Origin: a virus
Taxonomy: Duplodnaviria > Caudoviricetes
Length of the DNA stretch: 64,000 nucleotides
Direction: 5' to 3' (one strand)
IMG/VR virus record: IMGVR_UViG_3300012664_000155
Span: 925 to 64,924 of that record
Shown: piece after piece, positions 27,861 to 35,223 of the stretch
How the letters are laid out: every line of letters begins with the position of its first letter
Numbering within the stretch: position 1 is the first letter of the stretch
Notes under the pieces: model-generated
Seen by the model: the letters and a program-made list of their open reading frames with translations, nothing else
Databases searched by the model: none
What the model was told of the DNA's origin: nothing
Translations under genes and position numbers: made by a program

Positions 27861-28150
27861 CGCCAATGTCGATATTGACCAATCTATGTCGATCCAATGT
27901 TGACAAAAATCGGTCTGTATCCCTTTATTTATCTATCTTTTATATCTTTTTATGTTGACATGTTGATAGATATATAAATAAAAAAAAATAAATTATATAG
28001 AGAGTAATAGTACTCTCTATAAAAAAAAATAAAAATAAATTTAAAAAACTTGTCGTGTCAACATTATTTCACTAACTTTGTAGACGTAGCCTGGAGTACA
28101 GGTCTATTTTTGTCAACATCTTGTCGACATAAAGTTGTGTAAATCGACAT
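27857..28150. repeat. iteron element B, diverged inverted copy of element A
   Basis: ATGTYGAY at 27866, 27886, 27897, 27952; inverted at 28057, 28112, 28123, 28143; AT-rich core with agagagta/tactctct hairpin. Confidence 0.75.
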
Positions 28151-28163
28151 TAATAACATTATT

Positions 28164-28535
28164 ATGGTAGGAAAAACAGTTTATTGGGGAAACCTAAAGG
28201 GAGAAATTAAAATTGAGCAAATAGATTCTATACTAGTATCATTTGAATCTATTGGAGATTATTATTTCCACAAAGATGGAAGGCTATATAAAAATTTACC
28301 ACCTATTCTATCGTTCGTTCCGTATGAGATACCGAAGTTCGAGCGACCTATAGAGAAGGATGCATTTGTTTGGTGCAAGAATCTAGACAACGAGTGTTGG
28401 TCAGCACGTTACTACTCACACATGGAGGGTGGAGTTCATTACTGCTTCTTGGATCAGCTTAAGTCACATCAGACAAATAACCAACCAAGACCATGGAGCA
28501 TAGTACAAACCGAATCACCATTTACACATGATTAA
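28164..28535 (+). CDS. hypothetical protein, paralogue of 27480..27860
   Basis: RPIEKDAFVWCKN...YYSH...WSIVQTESPF. Confidence 0.75.
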   Translation: MVGKTVYWGNLKGEIKIEQIDSILVSFESIGDYYFHKDGRLYKNLPPILSFVPYEIPKFERPIEKDAFVWCKNLDNECWSARYYSHMEGGVHYCFLDQLKSHQTNNQPRPWSIVQTESPFTHD

Positions 28536-28899
28536 GAAAATAATTGAAGAGCATGGCTTGAATACGCCATCACGAAAAGAAGAGTTAGTATATAAGCGTT
28601 TCGTATTCTGGAACTATCTATACAACAAGTTAGGCATGACCCTGGAGGACGTAGGCAGAGAGTTTAATCGTAACCATTCGAGTGTCATCTATGGCATTCG
28701 TAAGTACAACGACCTCATCATGTACAATGACTTTAAGAAGATGGCTACAGAGTTCGAGGATGAGATAGACTCGATACTATCTGTAGTGAATGCGGAAGCT
28801 GTCGATAACTTGACAGATATAGAGGTCGATCTAATGAACGCTAAGAACGTACACGAGTTGTGGGCGGTAAAGAAGAAACTAATGAATAGCTTATGTTAA
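28528..28899 (+). CDS. DnaA C-terminal (domain IV)-like HTH protein
   Basis: GMTLEDVGREFNRNHSSVIYGIRK matches the DnaA domain IV HTH signature. Confidence 0.7.
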   Translation: MIKKIIEEHGLNTPSRKEELVYKRFVFWNYLYNKLGMTLEDVGREFNRNHSSVIYGIRKYNDLIMYNDFKKMATEFEDEIDSILSVVNAEAVDNLTDIEVDLMNAKNVHELWAVKKKLMNSLC

Positions 28900-28963
28900 G
28901 GGATATATTAATAATGATATTGTTGAATGCATTTACTTCATCAATAATAATATTTATGGCATC

Positions 28964-29431
28964 ATGAAAAATTTTATCATCATCGGTCTAATAGGCTACA
29001 TTGCCTATAAGCCAACAGAGATTAAGACAGTCACTAAGGACTTGATTGTTAAGGAGGTAGTTGATAACAACGACACGAGGTTTAGTCCTAAGTTACTCAA
29101 GGAGTATATAGAGAGTTTAAACATCCGTCATGCAGACATTGTGTATGCCCAGGCGGTACTTGAGACGGGTAACTTCACGTCAGATGTGTTCACTGAGAGC
29201 CACAACCTCTTTGGAATGAAGCAGGCTAGACAGCGACCATGCACGGCACTTGACACGAGCAGGGGTCATGCTAAGTATAGTAGCTGGAGGCAGTCGGTAC
29301 TTGACTACGCTATGTTTAGTGCTAAGTATCTGAGCACTAAGAGTAGAGCAGAGTACTTTGACTATCTGTCTGAGAACTATGCAGAGGATAAGAGTTATGT
29401 AACTAAATTAAAAAAGATATGCGATCAATAA
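28964..29431 (+). CDS. glucosaminidase-family (GH73-like) peptidoglycan hydrolase
   Basis: AQAVLETG...NLFGMK...YSSWRQSVLDY...YAED..Y; N-terminal hydrophobic anchor. Confidence 0.8.
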   Translation: MKNFIIIGLIGYIAYKPTEIKTVTKDLIVKEVVDNNDTRFSPKLLKEYIESLNIRHADIVYAQAVLETGNFTSDVFTESHNLFGMKQARQRPCTALDTSRGHAKYSSWRQSVLDYAMFSAKYLSTKSRAEYFDYLSENYAEDKSYVTKLKKICDQ

Positions 29432-29616
29432 TTGAGGAGAACAACGGCAAGTTGTATGTCATGACCAAGAAGAATTGGTACACTAGATGGAAGTATGCGA
29501 GGTCACGATTTGATGACCGCATCCTTGAGTTCAGCACAAGGGAAGATGCTGAGGAGTACATAAAATATGGGAGCGAGCCGATGACTATTAAGACATCGAG
29601 AACTGTGTTCCCTTAA
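29419..29616 (+). CDS. hypothetical protein
   Basis: 65-aa ORF. Confidence 0.6.
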   Translation: MRSIIEENNGKLYVMTKKNWYTRWKYARSRFDDRILEFSTREDAEEYIKYGSEPMTIKTSRTVFP

Positions 29617-29618
29617 GT

Positions 29619-30296
29619 TTGAATATTATGGCAAGAATTTTAATAGCCTGTGAAGAGAGCCAGGCAACGACAAAAGCATTTAGAAAGTTAGGACATGAAG
29701 CTTTTTCATGTGATTTATTACCTTGTAGTGGCGGTCACCCAGAGTGGCACTTCCAACAAGATGTATTTGAAGTGATCGACATGGGATGGGATCTAATGGT
29801 AGCTCACCCACCATGTACATTTTTAGCAGGTAGTGGGGCGCAGTGGTTATCTAACCCTGAAGATAAAGATTTACCATTTGATGAACGTAGACCTCATCCA
29901 AAGTACCCAAACAGAAGACAGGATATGTTGGATAGTGTTGAGTTTGTAAAGGCGTTGTATAACGCAAACATCAAACACATAGCTATTGAGAACCCTGTTG
30001 GATTGTTAAGCGGTAAGTGGAGAAAGCCTGATCAGATAGTACAGCCGTATATGTTTGGGGATGAGGCAACGAAAACTACTTGTTTATGGCTGAAGAACCT
30101 ACCATTACTTGTACCTACAGATGTTGTCGGAAAGGGAGAAAGAACGGTGTTCTCGTCTGGAAAGTCTCACCCTAAGTGGTATGCAGATGCATTAAAAAAT
30201 GCTAAGACAAAGGAAGAGAGACAGACATTAAGAAGTAAGACGTTTGAGGGAATGGCTAATGCATTCGCAGAACAATGGGGTGGAATCTTTAAATAA
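29619..30296 (+). CDS. DNA cytosine-C5 methyltransferase-like protein
   Basis: ILIACEES, DLMVAHPPC (catalytic PC) and IENPVG motifs. Confidence 0.75.
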   Translation: MNIMARILIACEESQATTKAFRKLGHEAFSCDLLPCSGGHPEWHFQQDVFEVIDMGWDLMVAHPPCTFLAGSGAQWLSNPEDKDLPFDERRPHPKYPNRRQDMLDSVEFVKALYNANIKHIAIENPVGLLSGKWRKPDQIVQPYMFGDEATKTTCLWLKNLPLLVPTDVVGKGERTVFSSGKSHPKWYADALKNAKTKEERQTLRSKTFEGMANAFAEQWGGIFK

Positions 30297-30301
30297 ATAT
30301 C

Positions 30302-30475
30302 ATGGCAGATATATCAAAATGCGTAGGAAAAGATTGTCCGTTAAAGGATACGTGCTATAGGCACACAGCTCCAGAGAGTTGTCATCAATCTTACTTTCTG
30401 GGTACACCAGGAGAGTTAGTTGATGGTGGTTTTAAGTGTGAGTATTATTGGGAAACTAAAGAGGAAGAAGAATGA
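30302..30475 (+). CDS. small Cys-rich protein (57 aa)
   Basis: MADISKCVGKDCPLKDTCYRHTA...CEYYW. Confidence 0.7.
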   Translation: MADISKCVGKDCPLKDTCYRHTAPESCHQSYFLGTPGELVDGGFKCEYYWETKEEEE

Positions 30476-30699
30476 AAAAGACAGCATTACAACAAGCTAT
30501 CATAGAAATAGCAGAGCTATGGTCAAGCCCAAGCGATCAACCAAACTACGTGCAGGTGTTTGATGTTTTAAAGAGTAAGTTACCAGTAGAGGAGCAACAG
30601 ATTATTGATGCTGCAAATCACGGAGCAAATTATGAAAATTCACCTTTTGTAAACGCAAAACAATACTACAACGAAACCTTTAAACAACAAGAACAATGA
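30472..30699 (+). CDS. hypothetical protein ending in KQQEQ
   Basis: 75 aa, MKKTALQQ. Confidence 0.7.
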   Translation: MKKTALQQAIIEIAELWSSPSDQPNYVQVFDVLKSKLPVEEQQIIDAANHGANYENSPFVNAKQYYNETFKQQEQ

Positions 30700-30857
30700 G
30701 AGAATGTGAAAATTGTGGAAGTAGAATGAGTCACCATGGATGTACTTGGTGTAATGAAGAATCCTATATTGTTGACCAATACGTAGAATTAGGAATGTCA
30801 TTACCTAGTGAAGATACTGAATTTATGAAAAAATATAATCAACAACAAGAACAATGA
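30696..30857 (+). CDS. small zinc-finger protein (53 aa)
   Basis: MRECENCGSRMSHHGCTWCNEE...QQQEQ. Confidence 0.6.
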   Translation: MRECENCGSRMSHHGCTWCNEESYIVDQYVELGMSLPSEDTEFMKKYNQQQEQ

Positions 30858-30914
30858 AACATAAGACTATAACAATTGTAAAACATAAAAGTATAACTAA
30901 ACAACAAGAATAAG

Positions 30915-31097
30915 ATGGAACAAACAGCAGTAGAATGGTTGATTGAAAGATTAATGAATGGTCAAGTAGATAATAAAATGTTAGAAACAGCCAAAGAAAT
31001 GGAAGAGAAACAAAGTCAAGATTATGCAGAGTTCTGTATTAATTGCGACAGGAAAAATTATCCTATAGTAGATTTTGAATCATACCTTAAACTTTAA
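30915..31097 (+). CDS. hypothetical protein (TAVEWL family)
   Basis: MEQTAVEWLIERL. Confidence 0.7.
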   Translation: MEQTAVEWLIERLMNGQVDNKMLETAKEMEEKQSQDYAEFCINCDRKNYPIVDFESYLKL

Positions 31098-31101
31098 AAA
31101 C

Positions 31102-31317
31102 ATGGGAAAGATAACATTTGAATTTGATTTAGACACAGAGGCTGTCGAGATCAGAACACATATTGATTCTACAAAGTGGAAGACGTTGGCTTGGAACTTA
31201 AATCAAAACTTAATGCGTATTATAAAGTACTCTGAAGAAAACGTAGATCAATACGAAAAAACTTTACAAATGCTTAACGATTTTATGAATGAGTATAACT
31301 TAAGTTTCGATGATTAG
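31102..31317 (+). CDS. hypothetical protein
   Basis: Probable start MGKITFEFDL. Confidence 0.65.
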   Translation: MGKITFEFDLDTEAVEIRTHIDSTKWKTLAWNLNQNLMRIIKYSEENVDQYEKTLQMLNDFMNEYNLSFDD

Positions 31318-31489
31318 GTACACAATAATTTGGATAAGTCAGAATTTAGCTATACCTTTCTGGACCATTGGTCACATACATCTTATGACCACAATCTATG
31401 AGGACATAACAGAGGTCGTTGCATCATTAGGAATGAATGTAATTGTAGCGGTAGGATTTGTACTAGAATATAAACAACAGAAAAAATGA
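31310..31489 (+). CDS. small membrane protein (59 aa)
   Basis: MIRYTIIWISQNLAIPFWTIGHIHLM...VIVAVGFVLEYKQQKK. Confidence 0.6.
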   Translation: MIRYTIIWISQNLAIPFWTIGHIHLMTTIYEDITEVVASLGMNVIVAVGFVLEYKQQKK

Positions 31490-31839
31490 AAGCATTTGAA
31501 GATTTAAACAATGAGGTGACGCTATTCTGGACGGGAGACCAGGACGCACCAAGGACGCTATGGTATGTAAACCATGGGGTGAAGATAGAGAAGTTCTTAG
31601 ATACTGGTGACATTGTGATACATAACACAATGACAAACTCAGACCACTACGAGGAGGTAACAGAAGATCAGTACATGATATTCAGGAACTTAGGTTGGGA
31701 GATTGGCTGTTGCTGTGTCAACATTGATGTAATCGAGTACAGAATGGAGAAATCAACAGAGGAACAATTAGAAAAATTAAATACTAAAAAAATTAGTTAT
31801 TTAAAAAAATTATCAACATATTTGCAAACTTTAATTTAA
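31486..31839 (+). CDS. hypothetical protein
   Basis: 117-aa ORF. Confidence 0.7.
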   Translation: MKAFEDLNNEVTLFWTGDQDAPRTLWYVNHGVKIEKFLDTGDIVIHNTMTNSDHYEEVTEDQYMIFRNLGWEIGCCCVNIDVIEYRMEKSTEEQLEKLNTKKISYLKKLSTYLQTLI

Positions 31840-31852
31840 TTATTTATATTTG
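31821..31852 (+). promoter_or_regulatory. promoter (-33 TTTG 31821-31824, -7 TATATTTG 31845-31852)
   Basis: Consensus with 20-nt spacer upstream of the endonuclease gene. Confidence 0.7.
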
Positions 31853-31942
31853 CAGAGAGGATAGATAAGATTGATCCCTTATTGAAAGACAGTATGCTTT
31901 CTGTTTTCCTCATTTTTCAAAAGCATATTTTAAAAAAGCAAA

Positions 31943-32743
31943 ATGACTGGATACATTTATAGAATAATATCACCATCTAAAAAGATATACATAGGTCAAA
32001 CTATTAATTTTGATAAAAGAATCAAAACATATAGAAGATTGAAGTGTATGTCTCAACCTAGAATTTATAATTCTTTTATTAAGCATGGATTTGATAATCA
32101 TTCAATAAAAATTATTGATGATTGTGATATTTCAATTTTAAACGAAAGAGAAAGATTTTGGCAGAATCATTATGATGTATTAGGTGATAATGGACTTAAC
32201 TGTATTCTTACTAAAAGTTCTGAGTATAAACTTATAAGATCAAATGAAACGAGAGAGAAAATTTCTAAAGCTAAAAAAGGTATTAAGTTGTCAAAAGAAG
32301 CTATAGAAAAACTTTCATTAAGAAGAATTGGATATAAGCATTCAGAAGAAACCAAAAGTAAAATATCTGAATCTAATATTGGAAAAACATTAGGTAGAAA
32401 ATATCCAGATCATATAAATAAAAAGAAAGGATCAAAAAAAGAAAATCATCCATTATATGGTATTGGACATAGTGATGAAGCTAAAAAGAAAATGTCTTTA
32501 TCTAAGAAAGGATCTAAGAGAAGTAAGGAAGCTATAGATAAATTTAAAATATCTATGAAGGGAAAGTTTATAGATGGTTATAACCCACGGGCTAAATATG
32601 TTTTAAATTTAGAAACAGGGATATATTATGAGTCTATAACAGAAGCTAAAAAATATTCTAATAACAATATATCAATACATATGTTGTATAAGATGTTATT
32701 AGGAGAGTGTAAAAATAAAACAAGTCTAATTAAATTAACATGA
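31943..32743 (+). mobile_element. free-standing GIY-YIG homing endonuclease with NUMOD3 repeats
   Basis: GYIYRI...IYIGQT and HSEETKSKIS / HSDEAKKKMS repeats; AT-richer than flanks. Confidence 0.88.
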
Positions 32744-33231
32744 GCAGTAAACACTGGAGATCTTTATTTGATAAAGATGAAAAATTCTTAGGTTCTTGGA
32801 ACCTTGAATTAAATGGGAAGTACAACCCAGTAATTGTACACATTGAGAAGTTCTATCAAGATGAGTTGATAGGTTCTATGGGTAAAGAGCAGAAGATTGC
32901 CTGTAAACTTAAGGAATATCCTAAAGGAATGGTAATAAATAGAACTAATTTCAAAAGGCTTCAAACATTATTCAATAGTATTGATACAGAAGATTTCTTA
33001 AACAAGCCAGTTCTATTACAGGTTGAAAAAGTTAAATCACCAGAAGGATTGGTTGATGCACTTAGATTTTCAGCAAGACCTCCTGTAATTAAAGACGCGA
33101 AGCCACCTATCAAGGACGAGGACTTCCCTAAAGCGTTAGACGCATTGAAGTCAGGTGCCATGACTAAGGAGAAACTTATCAGCACACGTACATTGAGTAA
33201 GGAACAACTAAAACAAATCGATGAAATTTAG
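32740..33231 (+). CDS. putative ssDNA-binding/annealing protein
   Basis: HWRSLF..FLGSWNL...GMVINRTNFK..VDALRF; coupled to exonuclease. Confidence 0.45.
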   Translation: MSSKHWRSLFDKDEKFLGSWNLELNGKYNPVIVHIEKFYQDELIGSMGKEQKIACKLKEYPKGMVINRTNFKRLQTLFNSIDTEDFLNKPVLLQVEKVKSPEGLVDALRFSARPPVIKDAKPPIKDEDFPKALDALKSGAMTKEKLISTRTLSKEQLKQIDEI

Positions 33232-33988
33232 AGCGAGCGGTGCAGCACCATTATTCTTAGGTAGAGATGGTCTGACAGATAAGCAGGAGGAGACGTTGAA
33301 CGGACTACTTGCTAAGATTAAGTTAACTGACAAGCAGGCAGAACTACGTGACGAGTTGATTGTGAAGAGAGATGCGAAGCCAGTCCTGAGCGAGGGAGCT
33401 AAGTCATACGTCCGATCGATCGTTGACAAGAAGGTCTACAAGTACAAAGATTCATTCGGTTCACGCGCTACTGACAAGGGTACTGAGGTTGAGGAGGATT
33501 CATTCGCTATCTACAACAGGTTGTTATTCACTGACTACAACAAGTTAAATGAAGGAGACAAGTACTACGAGCTTTCGTTCGGTTCATTCACTGGTCACCC
33601 AGATGAGGTCGATGAGAAGCGTTTGTTTGTCCTTGATATCAAGTCATCAGAGACAAAGAAGTCGTTCCCTAAGTTGGTTGAGGACGGAGTTAATTCAACG
33701 TATGAGTGGCAGGTAAAGCTGTACCTTTATATGTTATGCAAGACAACAGGGATTGACTGGAGAGATGGTGAGTACGCTTATGTATTGACCAACACACCTG
33801 AGGGGATGATTGGAGAATGGGAGGAGCCGTCGCTACATTACATGGACGACATCGACGACAACCTACGTGTAACACGAGTTCCTGTAAGACTTACAGACAA
33901 GGACATCAAGCACATTGAGACACGAGAGCAACTTGCCCTTGAGTACGCAAACGAGTATAAATCTAAATTAATAAATAAAAACAAATGA
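33221..33988 (+). CDS. PD-(D/E)xK exonuclease (lambda-exo/YqaJ-like)
   Basis: FRASG, KGTEVEE, GHPD, LDIKSS, YEWQV. Confidence 0.8.
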   Translation: MKFRASGAAPLFLGRDGLTDKQEETLNGLLAKIKLTDKQAELRDELIVKRDAKPVLSEGAKSYVRSIVDKKVYKYKDSFGSRATDKGTEVEEDSFAIYNRLLFTDYNKLNEGDKYYELSFGSFTGHPDEVDEKRLFVLDIKSSETKKSFPKLVEDGVNSTYEWQVKLYLYMLCKTTGIDWRDGEYAYVLTNTPEGMIGEWEEPSLHYMDDIDDNLRVTRVPVRLTDKDIKHIETREQLALEYANEYKSKLINKNK

Positions 33989-34392
33989 GTTTAGTAAGTA
34001 TAAAAGCAGGAGACTGGATTAGGGTTCAAGTTACTGAAGTAGACCTTGATAGAAAGTATCCAATTAGATGTGGTGAAGACTTATCATTTACACTTGATGG
34101 ATCATATTGTCAAGGATTTGATCAAATAGCTTTCCCATTAGAATCAACAGAACGATGGATGATGGTGTCAGAGAATTCTGAAACATGGCAAAAACGTAAA
34201 GTTATTTTTCAAAAAAATGATATGTTTTTTACTTGGATTTTAGCTGAAAATGATGAAGAAATTGATTTTAGTTGGGGTGTGTCATGTTGGAGATACGCAA
34301 AAGAAATTGAAGAACAACAAGTAGAGGTAACACTAGAAGAAATAGCCGAAAAGTTCGGTGTAAATGTAAATCAAATAAAAATCAAAAAATGA
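33985..34392 (+). CDS. hypothetical protein
   Basis: 135 aa, ends VEVTLEEIAEKFGVNVNQIKIKK. Confidence 0.7.
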   Translation: MSLVSIKAGDWIRVQVTEVDLDRKYPIRCGEDLSFTLDGSYCQGFDQIAFPLESTERWMMVSENSETWQKRKVIFQKNDMFFTWILAENDEEIDFSWGVSCWRYAKEIEEQQVEVTLEEIAEKFGVNVNQIKIKK

Positions 34393-34748
34393 GTAGTTTT
34401 AAATTAAATGGAACGATCAAGAAGATCGGAGACACAGTTCAAGTAACTGACAAGTTCAAGAAGAGAGAGGTTGTAATCACTGATGCATCAACTATGTATC
34501 CTCAGCACATTACAATGCAGTTCACTCAGGACAAGTGTGACATCTTGAATATGTACAACGAAGGTCAAGAGGTAGAGATTTCTTTCAACCTTGATGGTAA
34601 GGAGTACACTGACAAGAACACAGGTGAGATCAAGTACTTCAACAGCTTAAACGCATGGAAGATTGAGGCAGCTGGAGGATCATCAGCGCCAGAACCATCT
34701 CAGGCATCTGCACCAGCAGAGGCAGACGATGACAGCTTACCATTCTGA
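34389..34748 (+). CDS. DUF3127 family SSB-like protein
   Basis: FKKREVVI...YPQ...QFTQDK...SFNLDGKE...YFNSLNAWKI, acidic tail DDDSLPF. Confidence 0.85.
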   Translation: MSSFKLNGTIKKIGDTVQVTDKFKKREVVITDASTMYPQHITMQFTQDKCDILNMYNEGQEVEISFNLDGKEYTDKNTGEIKYFNSLNAWKIEAAGGSSAPEPSQASAPAEADDDSLPF

Positions 34749-34768
34749 TATTAACATTAATTAAATTG

Positions 34769-34800
34769 AACCCATAGGCTTGATGGTCTATGGGTTTTTT
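34769..34800 (+). terminator. rho-independent terminator
   Basis: aacccataggc/gtctatgggtt stem followed by T-run. Confidence 0.8.
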
Positions 34801-34821
34801 AACCCCTAAAAAAACATAACT

Positions 34822-35223
34822 ATGCATGATAGAGTAGTAAACATTGAAACATATCCAATTGGATCACATTCAATTTCATTTGCAGGAACTTTAAGAAATC
34901 AGAAGAAATTTGAGTTACATCAAAAGGTATTCATAGAAAGTCACGGAATGATGCACCAATGTAAAATAGTAGGAGTTACATTGCCACCAGCAGAGAATCC
35001 AGAGTATGAGTATTTAATTGAGATACCTAAAGAATTAGTTGAATTACTAGATCGTGAATATCCTTCAGGTCTAGGTATGATAAAAGGTAGAATTTCAAAG
35101 ACCTGTGAAAATATATTTGCAACAGTTGAAGAGGCTAAACAATCTGCTTTAAATGAATTAGATCATAAATACAGATTGAATAAAGATAATATTGAAAGAT
35201 TTTTTAAACGATATCTAATATGA
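34822..35223 (+). CDS. hypothetical protein
   Basis: 133-aa ORF. Confidence 0.7.
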   Translation: MHDRVVNIETYPIGSHSISFAGTLRNQKKFELHQKVFIESHGMMHQCKIVGVTLPPAENPEYEYLIEIPKELVELLDREYPSGLGMIKGRISKTCENIFATVEEAKQSALNELDHKYRLNKDNIERFFKRYLI

